A DNA stretch of 22,243 nucleotides from an uncultured archaeon (GCA_964496765.1 CAZCAP010000001.1:23289-45531), one strand, 5' to 3'. Positions 8,012 to 16,964 are shown, counted from the first letter of the stretch. Numbers and translations: made by a program. Notes: a model not told the origin generated them from the letters alone.

Positions 8012-8038
8012 ATACCTAAAATTATATTATAGGTATTC
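7990..8038. terminator. Hairpin spanning two convergent stop codons, with a T10 tract on the minus strand
   Basis: A 9-bp inverted repeat runs gaataccta (8010-8018) / taggtattc (8030-8038). The plus-gene stop is at 8009-8011 and the minus-gene stop at 8022-8024. On the minus strand the hairpin is followed by c-t(10)-attatt, which is the complement of the poly-Lys codons. Confidence 0.4.
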
Positions 8039-8582
8039 TATCTTTCCAAGCTACGATTCCAAATATTATTAGATTAATAATTAATGCGAACATACCTATA
8101 ACTGGAATAATTCCTAATAAAGGTAATAAGCTCAACCATCCAGGATAATTTCTAAGCTTATATATTCGCCATAACCATACTACACTCATAATTGCAATAA
8201 ACACAATAGTTAGAGCATATACAATAAAATAAATTCGAGAAACGTTTTGTAAAAAGGTAGTGGTATAATCCAGTCGCATTAAAAAAAAAGGATAAGCTAA
8301 TGAAAGTAAAACTGGAATCGCAAATATTATTGTCCACCATTCATTCTTTTTAGCTACTATTGGTAATATGAAAATATTTATTATTGGTATCCATGCTAGC
8401 CAGGCATACTTATAACCTAATTTTTTAGCTATAGTAAACCAAGCAAATGTAAAATATAAATATAGTGCACAAATTATTATTAAAGTGATTAAGCTAGTTA
8501 ATACAAATGTATTCATTGTATTCATAGGATTAAATTTAGTCAATAAATTTTCATTAAATGCTAATATCGGTAGATTAATCAT
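8022..8582 (-). CDS. Membrane protein with two copies of a W-x-I-x-K-x-x-Y-x-x-W-L...IP module (DUF5684-like), paralog 1
   Basis: The protein is 186 aa. Its internal repeat is AWFTIAKKLGYKYAWLAWIPIINIF and LWRIYKLRNYPGWLSLLPLLGIIPV. It is a paralog of 8637-9161. A strong AAGGAGG motif (8590-8596) lies 7 nt upstream of the ATG. Confidence 0.6.
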   Translation of the reverse strand: MINLPILAFNENLLTKFNPMNTMNTFVLTSLITLIIICALYLYFTFAWFTIAKKLGYKYAWLAWIPIINIFILPIVAKKNEWWTIIFAIPVLLSLAYPFFLMRLDYTTTFLQNVSRIYFIVYALTIVFIAIMSVVWLWRIYKLRNYPGWLSLLPLLGIIPVIGMFALIINLIIFGIVAWKDRIPII

Positions 8583-8609
8583 TTATATTCCTCCTTTATT
8601 TAATTTAAT

Positions 8610-8649
8610 TTTTAAAAAATAATAATAGAAAGAAAATTATTTCTTTCTA
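8610..8649 (-). terminator. Hairpin overlapping the stop codon of the 8637-9161 gene, followed by T6; candidate attenuator or terminator between the two paralogs
   Basis: A perfect 10-bp inverted repeat runs tagaaagaaa (8626-8635) / tttctttcta (8640-8649) with a 4-nt loop. The stop codon is at 8637-8639. The minus strand continues ttattatttttt. Confidence 0.35.
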
Positions 8650-9161
8650 TCAGACCAGGCTACAAATCCAAGTATAACAAGGTGTGCAATTAACGCGATC
8701 ACATTGACTACTGGAATAAAAAAGAAAGCAGGTCCTAAACCTAACCAACCAGGATACTTTCTTTTCTCAAATATATCCCATGTCCAAGTTATTGCCATGA
8801 GTATAATGAATATTACTGCAAGCCAATAGAGTATGAGTCCTACTATAGGTACTAGCAAGAAAGGTAATAATACAAAAGGTAATAGAATAATTAAACCCCA
8901 GGTCCATTTCTTTTTAGCAAGTATTGGTAGTAGGAAAAAGTTTGCAATTGGTATCCATGCAAGCCACGGCTTTTTATATTTTAATTTTCTTGCTATTGAT
9001 TGCCAAGCAAGTGATTGATAAACGTATAAGGCAGCTCCAAGCAAGATAAATATGGTTAAAATTACTATGAATGCAACACCAAACAAAGCAGCTATTCCTG
9101 CCATATCCCCTAAACCAAGACTAGTTTGTGGCAACATAGTTAAAGTTGTAAGTGATAACAT
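8637..9161 (-). CDS. Membrane protein with two copies of the same module (DUF5684-like), paralog 2
   Basis: The protein is 174 aa. Its repeats are AWQSIARKLKYKKPWLAWIPIANFF and TWDIFEKRKYPGWLGLGPAFFFIPV. It ends FVAWSDRKK, compared with IVAWKDR in the paralog. A GAGGGGGT motif (9169-9176) lies 7 nt upstream of the ATG. Confidence 0.6.
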   Translation of the reverse strand: MLSLTTLTMLPQTSLGLGDMAGIAALFGVAFIVILTIFILLGAALYVYQSLAWQSIARKLKYKKPWLAWIPIANFFLLPILAKKKWTWGLIILLPFVLLPFLLVPIVGLILYWLAVIFIILMAITWTWDIFEKRKYPGWLGLGPAFFFIPVVNVIALIAHLVILGFVAWSDRKK

Positions 9162-9276
9162 ATTTTTTACCCCCTCAAAAATATTAATTAAATTAGATAT
9201 ATTATGTGTAGTTTACATTTAAATAGATATATGCTACTATATTATATATTAACTTTTTTTAAAATAGGGATGCACC

Positions 9277-10221
9277 ATGATTGAATATTTTAGAATAACA
9301 CAGGATGGACTAAAGGAGTTCATTAAACCAATTAAAAACTCATGGATACATCTAACCAATCCTGATGATAAAGAAATAATTCTCTTATCTAAAATTATTG
9401 GAGTAACGGAAGATAATTTTGATGATTTCAATAATGATATTCAATCCCTATCAGATACAGAAGAAATTCCAATGTTTGAAAGAAAGGATAATAGTATTTT
9501 ATTCATAATTATAAGAACCCCACAGGAATCAACAGGAACAAGTGGGCAAGACTACTTAACAATACCTCTTGGAATTATTTATTCCAAAAATTATGTTGCA
9601 ACCATCTGTTATTCAAAAAACACAGTAATTGAAAGAATGAAATTTAAAAAATTTAAATTTAATGAAATTTATTTTATATTAAGATTTATGCTTGCTTCTT
9701 CCAGATCCTATCTTTATTTTCTAAAAGAAATTGATAGAAGATTAAAAAAATTAGAACACAAGCTTGAAGAAAGTCAAAGAAATACAGAAATGGTTAATCT
9801 TCTTGATATTCAAAAGTCTCTAGTTTATTTTAATACATCTTTAATTAATAATCATATTTTATTTGAAAGAATATCTAGATCTAAGCTATTCACTTCAACT
9901 GAGGATAATGAAGATATTATAAGTGATTTACTTGATGAAAATAAGCAGGCAATTCAAACAACTCAAATTTATTCAGATAATATAACCCACACCCTAACTG
10001 TAATTTCTTCAATGATTTCAAATAATCTAAACAGGATTGTAAAGTTCCTAACATCAATGTCAATTGTTGTTGCAATTCCTACACTAATTGCAAGTTTATA
10101 TGGTATGAACATTGGTTTACCTTTCCAAAACAGTCCTGCAGCATTTTGGATAATAATATTCTTTTCAATAATTTTTTCAACAATAATAGGAATATTTCTT
10201 TGGAAAAAGAAATTATTTTAA
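9277..10221 (+). CDS. corA: CorA-family magnesium/cobalt transporter
   Basis: The protein is 314 aa, with a soluble N-terminal domain and two C-terminal TM helices. The signature YGMN (LYGMNIGLPF) sits at the end of TM1. The basic C-terminus is WKKKLF. Confidence 0.85.
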   Translation: MIEYFRITQDGLKEFIKPIKNSWIHLTNPDDKEIILLSKIIGVTEDNFDDFNNDIQSLSDTEEIPMFERKDNSILFIIIRTPQESTGTSGQDYLTIPLGIIYSKNYVATICYSKNTVIERMKFKKFKFNEIYFILRFMLASSRSYLYFLKEIDRRLKKLEHKLEESQRNTEMVNLLDIQKSLVYFNTSLINNHILFERISRSKLFTSTEDNEDIISDLLDENKQAIQTTQIYSDNITHTLTVISSMISNNLNRIVKFLTSMSIVVAIPTLIASLYGMNIGLPFQNSPAAFWIIIFFSIIFSTIIGIFLWKKKLF

Positions 10222-10246
10222 TTAATTATAAAATTCAGGAATATAT

Positions 10247-11473
10247 ATGAAATCAAAAAAACCAATTCTCCTGGCACCAGTTGGATCCTGGGAAATGCTA
10301 TCAGCAGCAATAAATGCTGGTTCTGATGCTGTATATTTAGGTATAAAGGGCCTAAACATGAGGGATAGTGGTGCGAAAAACTTTTCTATTTCTGATTTGA
10401 AAAAAATAACTACTATTTGTCATTCAAAAGATATACAAGTTTACTTAACAGTGAATACAATTATCTATGAAAATGAAATAAAAAAGGTTGAAAAAATATT
10501 AACTAGTGCAAAGAAAGCAAGAATAGATGCAATAATTGCCTGGGATTTTTCAGTAATCTCTCTTTGTAGGAAGCTTAAGCTTCTTATTTATTTATCAACA
10601 CAGGCAAGTGTTTCTAATTTTGAAGCCATTAAACAATATCATGCACTTGGAGTTAAAAGATTTGTTCTTGCAAGGGAATGTACTCTAGTCCAGGTAAAAG
10701 AAATAATAAAAAAAGCAAAAAAACTAGATAAAAATATACAAATAGAAATATTTATTCATGGTGCCATGTGTGTTTCAGTTTCTGGAAGGTGCTTTTTATC
10801 TCAGTTTCTTTACGGGAATGAAACTTCAGCAAACAGAGGAAAATGCATTCAGCCCTGTAGAAGGAATTATATAATCAAAGACCCAGAAACAGAAAAAGAA
10901 CTTAATGTTCATAATAATTATATTCTAAGCCCAAAGGATCTATGCACTCTTCCATTTATAGATAAGCTTATTGAATCAGGAGTTGATATATTTAAGATTG
11001 AAGGAAGAGGAAGAAGCCCAGAATATGTTTCTATTGTAACTAGTTGCTACAGAGAAGCAATTGATGCCTACTATAACCATAAACTAACCCCTGTTCTTAA
11101 AGAAAAGCTTGTAAAAAGATTAAAAGAAGTTTACAATAAAGGATTTTCAAATGGTTTCTATTTAGGTAAACCAATTAGTGAATGGGCAGGAACCTATGGT
11201 ACTCTTGCAACCAAGAAAAAAACATATATAGCAAAGATATTAAATATTTATAAAAAGATTAATGTTGCTGAAATTAAACTTGAAAATGGACCACTAAAGA
11301 TAGGAGATACAATCCTAATTATAGGTAAAAACACAGGTGTGCATGAACAAAAGGTGACAAGCATGCAAAAAGATGTCTCTCACCCCCTAAAGATTGCAAA
11401 CAAGGGGGATGTGGTTGCAATTAAGCTAGACAAAACAATTGAGAAGGCTGATCTAATATATTTATTTAAATGA
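10247..11473 (+). CDS. U32-family protein ('peptidase U32'), Fe-S type; likely an RNA- or cofactor-hydroxylase-like enzyme rather than a protease
   Basis: The N-terminus is LLAPVGSWEMLSAAINAGSDAVYLG, and a FKIEGRGRSPEYV segment is present. Four Cys spaced C-x6-C-x17-C-x3-C (HGAMCVSVSGRC...GKCIQPC) match the Fe-S-binding Cys pattern described for U32 proteins. Confidence 0.85.
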   Translation: MKSKKPILLAPVGSWEMLSAAINAGSDAVYLGIKGLNMRDSGAKNFSISDLKKITTICHSKDIQVYLTVNTIIYENEIKKVEKILTSAKKARIDAIIAWDFSVISLCRKLKLLIYLSTQASVSNFEAIKQYHALGVKRFVLARECTLVQVKEIIKKAKKLDKNIQIEIFIHGAMCVSVSGRCFLSQFLYGNETSANRGKCIQPCRRNYIIKDPETEKELNVHNNYILSPKDLCTLPFIDKLIESGVDIFKIEGRGRSPEYVSIVTSCYREAIDAYYNHKLTPVLKEKLVKRLKEVYNKGFSNGFYLGKPISEWAGTYGTLATKKKTYIAKILNIYKKINVAEIKLENGPLKIGDTILIIGKNTGVHEQKVTSMQKDVSHPLKIANKGDVVAIKLDKTIEKADLIYLFK

Positions 11474-11474
11474 G

Positions 11475-12236
11475 ATGAACAAAATTATGGACTTTGATAG
11501 ATTTGTAAATATTGTTTTTCCTAGCATTCATAATCTTAAGACAAAAGTAATTCTTAAAGACTATATTAAGGAAAAATTCACCTATTATCCTGATTCAAAA
11601 GTATTATGTGTGCTCTGTCCACCTTGGCATGTTTCAAAAGCAACAACAACAATAGTTAGGCATACATTAAAGAGATATAAATATTCTTATTTAACCTTTG
11701 ATATTAATCCAGATATTGTTTCTCCAGATTATATGTCCACAAAGAAATATCTTAGAGAAGTAATTAATAAAATTCAAGAAGATATTAAAAAATATGATAA
11801 AAAATATAAATTTATAGATATTCACATAGTAGGATTCAGTTTTGGGTCTTTATATGCTGTAAATGTTGCTAACAAAAACAAAAAAATAAGTAAGGTAATT
11901 CTAATAACAGTTGGAAACTCAATTGCAGATTGCTTGTTTGATAGTATAAGCACTACTGAAATGAGAGATATTTTACTTGAACAGGGAATTACAAAAAGTA
12001 GATACAATAATATATTAAAACAATTTAATCCTGAAGAAAATATTTCTGGGCTTAAGAATAAAGATGTCAGAATTATTATCTCTAGAAAAGATCAAATAAT
12101 TAGATATAGATATGGTTTGAAATTAATTCAAAAAATGAGACAGAAAGGGGTAAATCCCCAGGTAATTGTTAATCAAAATCAAGGGCACTATGGTACAAAT
12201 GCTAAATTTCTTATTCATCCAAATAAGTTTTTATAA
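11475..12236 (+). CDS. Putative alpha/beta-fold hydrolase
   Basis: The gene starts 1 nt after the U32 stop. A nucleophile-elbow-like G-x-S-x-G is present (IHIVGFSFGSLYA). Candidate catalytic residues are the Asp in SRKDQII and the His in QGHYG. The assignment rests on these motifs only. Confidence 0.5.
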   Translation: MNKIMDFDRFVNIVFPSIHNLKTKVILKDYIKEKFTYYPDSKVLCVLCPPWHVSKATTTIVRHTLKRYKYSYLTFDINPDIVSPDYMSTKKYLREVINKIQEDIKKYDKKYKFIDIHIVGFSFGSLYAVNVANKNKKISKVILITVGNSIADCLFDSISTTEMRDILLEQGITKSRYNNILKQFNPEENISGLKNKDVRIIISRKDQIIRYRYGLKLIQKMRQKGVNPQVIVNQNQGHYGTNAKFLIHPNKFL

Positions 12237-12238
12237 AC

Positions 12239-13015
12239 TCATTTTATTTTTTGTGCAATTATAACAATGGATTCACTCTTGTGCGCATTAAACTTCGAAA
12301 ATTCAAAATCACCATACACTTCAATTATCTTAAATCCATGTTTTTTCAGGGTATTTTCTAAATCCCTATAGGAATACATTTGTGCATCCCAGCTTTTATT
12401 AATTATTTTAGGTTCTAGGTATTGATCTTGGATATAAATTCTTTGGGTATCATTAAGTATATCTCCTCTAATTTTATATTCACAAAATCTTACATATTTC
12501 ATATCTCCAATGGTTAGAGAGGTGTCTATGAATTCATAATATTGACATTCCTTAATCCAGAAATCTTTGTTGATGATATCCACCATGTAATAGCCTTTTG
12601 GATTAAGATTCTGTCCAACATTCTTTACAGTTTCCTCAAATCCTTTCTTAGTAACGTGAGCAATTGCATTAAATAAAGTAATGATACAATCAAATCTTTT
12701 TTTATCAAAGCTTGCATTTTTCATATCCTTAACATAAAATTCAATTTTCTTTTGTTTTCTCTTACTTGCTTTATCCCTTGCTTGTTCAATCATTTTTTTA
12801 GATATATCTGATCCAACAACATTTGAATAGCCATTATCCAGAAGATGAAAAACCTGGAGCCCGGTTCCGCAGGTCAGATCAGCAATACTTCTAATGGATG
12901 GATATTTTTTAAGTGTTTTAAGAAGAAAAGTATTCATATCATTAACATCCTTCTCATCAAGCTCAAATATATCATAATATTTTGCAAAATAATCATAATC
13001 ATAATCTTTTAACAT
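12239..13015 (-). CDS. Class I SAM-dependent methyltransferase
   Basis: Motif I is IADLTCGTGLQVFHLL. The acidic post-I motif is VVGSDIS and motif IV is DCIITLFNA. The gene lies 21 nt downstream of the ABC-2 permease gene on the same strand. Confidence 0.8.
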   Translation of the reverse strand: MLKDYDYDYFAKYYDIFELDEKDVNDMNTFLLKTLKKYPSIRSIADLTCGTGLQVFHLLDNGYSNVVGSDISKKMIEQARDKASKRKQKKIEFYVKDMKNASFDKKRFDCIITLFNAIAHVTKKGFEETVKNVGQNLNPKGYYMVDIINKDFWIKECQYYEFIDTSLTIGDMKYVRFCEYKIRGDILNDTQRIYIQDQYLEPKIINKSWDAQMYSYRDLENTLKKHGFKIIEVYGDFEFSKFNAHKSESIVIIAQKIK

Positions 13016-13036
13016 AACTTATCTTTTCCTTTTTTT

Positions 13037-13840
13037 TTATAATCTCACACCAATAAGATTCCCACTCTCATATCTTTTAAGTCCTTTATAGAACACATAG
13101 ATTGAAAGAAGCAAGATAGCAAATGCAAATGCATATATTAATATAAACCATAACCAATTAAAATATTGATTAATTAATACAACTGGCATTCCAACCATTA
13201 ATCCAGCAGGAATAATAAACATTACAATAAATTTTGTAACACCATGGTGTATACTTAATGGATAGGTTCCAAATACAATTATACCTTCATATAGCGTGTC
13301 CGATAATGATTGAGAATCACCAATATAAAAAGATAATGATTGAGCAATTATTCCAAATGAGATTAATATAGTAGTTGCAGGAATAAGCAATACAAACAAT
13401 AATGGTAACTTAGTTAGAGGAATAAACACAATAGCTAGTATAACCCCAAATAAAATATCCCCTAAATCAAACCAGCTTCCTTTTGAAATTATTGCATGAT
13501 ATAATGGTTTTTTTGGTAAGGTCAAGTAATAATCTAGTTGTCCTTCAACAATCATTTTTGATATTCTTTTGTGTCCACCAAAGAAAAGTCCAGAAAATCC
13601 AAATGCTATAGTAATCATTGAATAAAGTAAGATCATATCACTTAATGCCCAGCCATTAATATTATTGAACTTAGTTAAAAACAAGCCCCAAAAGAATATC
13701 CAAACAACATCATTAAAAAACATTGATATAACTTGAATTATAAAGTTAGCCTTATATTCCATTGCTGTTTTTAATTCTGTCTTGAAATATGCAAGATGAA
13801 GAGTAAGATAACTTCTTATGGTATTAATCTTAACCACCAT
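13037..13840 (-). CDS. ABC-2 type transporter permease (COG3694/COG4587-like, DUF990-type)
   Basis: The protein is 267 aa and polytopic (about 6 TM helices). It overlaps the upstream permease gene by 11 nt and is the third gene of an ATPase-permease-permease operon. Confidence 0.7.
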   Translation of the reverse strand: MVVKINTIRSYLTLHLAYFKTELKTAMEYKANFIIQVISMFFNDVVWIFFWGLFLTKFNNINGWALSDMILLYSMITIAFGFSGLFFGGHKRISKMIVEGQLDYYLTLPKKPLYHAIISKGSWFDLGDILFGVILAIVFIPLTKLPLLFVLLIPATTILISFGIIAQSLSFYIGDSQSLSDTLYEGIIVFGTYPLSIHHGVTKFIVMFIIPAGLMVGMPVVLINQYFNWLWFILIYAFAFAILLLSIYVFYKGLKRYESGNLIGVRL

Positions 13841-14639
13841 TAATACTCACCTTCTTTGATATTTTTGCATAGATAAACAAACTAATACTTAAAAATACAA
13901 CTATCCACGCAAGCTGTATAACTAAAATTTTTATAAAATAAATAAAATCAAACATTACAAACAATTTTGCAGGATGATAGGCAATATAACTAAAAGGAAG
14001 AATCAAACCAATCTTTGCAAGCCATAATGGAAAAATCTCCAATGGTACAAGCATACCTCCAACAGTAAAAACAAATTTTTGATAAATAAAATATAATCCG
14101 CTTGTTTCTTCTATCCAAAACGCAAATAATCCAAAGATAGACATAAGAATGTAATTCAAAGTAATAGCAAGAAAACATATAACTAAAACAAATGGAATTA
14201 TATACAATTTAATTACTGGTAAACCAACTGTTAAATAGGCAACTATCCCTGCAACAATAAATGTTAATAAAAAAGCAAATAATCCTCTACCAATTGTAAG
14301 TGCATACTTATACAAGACATAATTATAGGGTTTATTTAAATAATTTGCAATTTCTCCTGATTTTATTTCCTCTCCAATTGTAATCATGATTCTTCCAAGA
14401 GATGTAACTATTGCTTCTGCTATTACAATGTACCATACCATCATAGAAAGAGTAAATCCTTCAATGGTATTTACTGCTTTAAGTGCAAATATAGTTATCC
14501 ATATTTGAGAAAATATAAATATTATTAAAGCAATAAACGCACTTTTACCAATTAAACTATCCCAAATGTAAACAAAACTATTCTTAAAATTAATTTTAGC
14601 AATTTCTTTGTATTTACTCAAACTCTTAAGGATGCTCAT
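13830..14639 (-). CDS. ABC-2 type transporter permease (COG4587/COG3694-like)
   Basis: The protein is 269 aa and polytopic. Its start overlaps the ATPase stop as ATGA (14636-14639). Confidence 0.7.
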   Translation of the reverse strand: MSILKSLSKYKEIAKINFKNSFVYIWDSLIGKSAFIALIIFIFSQIWITIFALKAVNTIEGFTLSMMVWYIVIAEAIVTSLGRIMITIGEEIKSGEIANYLNKPYNYVLYKYALTIGRGLFAFLLTFIVAGIVAYLTVGLPVIKLYIIPFVLVICFLAITLNYILMSIFGLFAFWIEETSGLYFIYQKFVFTVGGMLVPLEIFPLWLAKIGLILPFSYIAYHPAKLFVMFDFIYFIKILVIQLAWIVVFLSISLFIYAKISKKVSINGG

Positions 14640-15634
14640 TGTATTTCTTCCCTTCTGTAAATCTCTTCAATTATTTCTTCAATTGGTGGTTCCTTAATTG
14701 AAATATCCTTGACCTTATTTTCCTTTACCAGATAATCAATAACTGTGTGAATAGATAACTTCTTTGTGTTTATTTCAAATTCAATAGAATATTTAGTTTT
14801 TTCAATTATTTTTATTTCTTTTGTGTTAATCTTTTTTATTTCATTTTCCGTAACCATTTTAATTATCTTCTTTTTAACATAGTTTTTCTTAAGATTATCA
14901 AAGGAATCATCATATACAATGGTTCCATGATTAATAACAATCACTCTATCTGCTATGCTCTCGATATCACCCATATCATGACTTGTTAGGATAACTGTTA
15001 CTTTTTCTTCATCATTTATTTTCTTAATCAATTCTCTAATGTTTTTCTTAACAATTATATCCATTCCTATGGTTGGTTCATCAAGAAAAAGTATTTTTGG
15101 ATTATGAATAAGAGACAAAACAAACTCACATCTCATTCTTTGTCCAAGCGATAGCTTTCTAACTGGTTGATTAATATATTCTCCTATTTCAAATCTATCT
15201 ATCAAATATTCTAATCTTTTTTTAAACTCTTTTTGATCTAAATCATATATTTTAGAGAATAGATTAAATGAATCAATTGGTGGAAGATGAAACCATAATT
15301 GTGGTTTTTGTCCAAATATTGTTCCAATCTTATAGGATAATTTTTGAGGTTCCTTTTGGGGATTTAGATTATTTACTTTAATGGTTCCTGAATCCGGATG
15401 CAGAATACCAGATAGCATCTTAAGTGTGGTTGATTTACCTGCTCCATTAGGACCAATAAATGAAACCAGTTCACCTTCTCTAACATCAAATGAAATATTA
15501 TTCACTGCTTTAATTAATTTATACTTAGGATTGAATATGTTCTTTAGTCCACCTCTTAGCCCAGGCTCGCTTACCTTTGTTTTAAAGGTCTTATTTAGAT
15601 CATTTATGGATATTACTATTTTTTCTTTATTCAT
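14636..15634 (-). CDS. ABC transporter ATP-binding protein (COG4586-like)
   Basis: The Walker A motif is GPNGAGKST, the signature motif is LSLGQRMR, the Walker B motif is ILFLDEPTIGMD and the H-loop is LTSHDM. A C-terminal extension of about 100 aa is present. Confidence 0.9.
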   Translation of the reverse strand: MNKEKIVISINDLNKTFKTKVSEPGLRGGLKNIFNPKYKLIKAVNNISFDVREGELVSFIGPNGAGKSTTLKMLSGILHPDSGTIKVNNLNPQKEPQKLSYKIGTIFGQKPQLWFHLPPIDSFNLFSKIYDLDQKEFKKRLEYLIDRFEIGEYINQPVRKLSLGQRMRCEFVLSLIHNPKILFLDEPTIGMDIIVKKNIRELIKKINDEEKVTVILTSHDMGDIESIADRVIVINHGTIVYDDSFDNLKKNYVKKKIIKMVTENEIKKINTKEIKIIEKTKYSIEFEINTKKLSIHTVIDYLVKENKVKDISIKEPPIEEIIEEIYRREEIQ

Positions 15635-15752
15635 ACATTATCTTTTTTTAATTAAATTATAAATATTCTAATTATAAAGTAAAAAGGATTTATATATATA
15701 TGTTACTTTATTATAATATAAATACATAAAATAATTATAAAGGTATTTAGAA

Positions 15753-16964
15753 ATGGATTATGAAACCAATTTAAGCTATAGTAAAAAAACAATACTAGGA
15801 ATACAAATGTTATTTGTTGCATTTGGTGCAACAGTTCTTGTTCCTTTGTTAGTTGGAATTGATCCAGCAGTTGCTTTGTTTACAGCAGGAATTGGAACAT
15901 TAATATTTCATTTAGTTACTAAGGGAATGATACCTATATTCCTTGGAAGTTCTTTTGTGTTCGTAGTTCCTATTATTGAAGGAACAGCACTCTATGGTCT
16001 GCCAGGAACTCTTGGAGGATTAATTGCTGCAGGATTATTGTTTATTATTGTTTCTCTAATAATCAGAAAAAAAGGTGTTAATTTCATTCAAAAATTATTT
16101 CCACCTGTGGTTGTTGGACCAATAATTATGATAATTGGATTATCGTTATCAACAACAGCTGTTGACATGGCATCAACCCACTGGCTAATTGCAATAATTA
16201 CTTTATTAGCTGCCATTACAATAATAATTTTTGGTAAGAGAATGATGAAATTACTTCCTATTATAGGAGGAATAATAGTAGGGTACATAGTTGCATTGTT
16301 ATTTGGAATTGTTGATTTTGTACCTTTGTTAAATGCATCATGGATATCTTTACCTAAATTTGTATTTCCTGCATTTAATATTGCTGCAATATTATTTATC
16401 TTACCTGTTGCAATAGCACCTATGATTGAACACATAGGAGACATATATACTATTGGAAGAGCAACAAATAAAAATTATATTAAAAATCCTGGATTACATA
16501 GAACTTTATTGGGAGATGGTATTGCAACCATGTTTGCTGGATTATTTGGTGGACCACCAAACACAACCTATTCTGAAGTAACTGGAGCAATTGTTTTAAC
16601 TAGAATCTCAAACCCAGCAATATTAAGAATATCTGCAATTACTGCTATAGTCTTTGCATTCATAGGTAAAATAACAGGTTTTTTACAAACAATTCCTTCT
16701 GCTGTTCTTGGTGGAGTTATGTTTTTATTATTTGGAATGATAACTGTTGTAGGAATTAAATCAATAATTGATTCTAAAGCAAATTTAGATTTAACAAAGA
16801 ACATGATAATTGTAGGAGTAATGTTAACAATTGGTGTTGGAGGAGCAGTAATAACAAGAGGAACATTCTCATTAGCAGGAGTTGGTTTAGCAGCAATTGT
16901 TGGAATACTACTAAATCTATTACTACCTAATAAGGAAAAAAACTTAAAAAATTTAAGATATTAA
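15753..16964 (+). CDS. uraA: Uracil/xanthine permease, NCS2 family (UraA/PyrP-like)
   Basis: The protein is collinear with E. coli UraA as I remember it. Matching segments are QMLFVAFGATVLVPLLVG, IPIFLGSSFVFVVPI, IEHIGDI, NPGLHRTLLGDG and GGPPNTTYSEVTGAIVLTR. Confidence 0.85.
   Translation: MDYETNLSYSKKTILGIQMLFVAFGATVLVPLLVGIDPAVALFTAGIGTLIFHLVTKGMIPIFLGSSFVFVVPIIEGTALYGLPGTLGGLIAAGLLFIIVSLIIRKKGVNFIQKLFPPVVVGPIIMIIGLSLSTTAVDMASTHWLIAIITLLAAITIIIFGKRMMKLLPIIGGIIVGYIVALLFGIVDFVPLLNASWISLPKFVFPAFNIAAILFILPVAIAPMIEHIGDIYTIGRATNKNYIKNPGLHRTLLGDGIATMFAGLFGGPPNTTYSEVTGAIVLTRISNPAILRISAITAIVFAFIGKITGFLQTIPSAVLGGVMFLLFGMITVVGIKSIIDSKANLDLTKNMIIVGVMLTIGVGGAVITRGTFSLAGVGLAAIVGILLNLLLPNKEKNLKNLRY

Noticed and set aside
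8158-9431. Short ORFs 8158-8340(-), 8833-9018(+) and 9249-9431(-).
   Set aside because: They are alternative frames or strands within the two paralogous membrane-protein genes and the corA 5' region. The paralogy and the GMN-motif gene support the chosen frames.
12234-12241. Convergent genes are separated by only 2 nt (12236/12239), and another convergent pair overlaps by 4 nt (16961-16964). These could be sites of special termination or antisense regulation.
   Set aside because: No hairpin or clear T-tract is visible at either junction. Tight convergent packing is common in compact genomes.
15381-16804. Antisense ORFs lie within the ABC ATPase gene (15381-15662) and the uracil permease gene (16088-16444, 16568-16804).
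   Set aside because: They are shadow ORFs opposite genes with unambiguous family signatures, and they have no motifs of their own.
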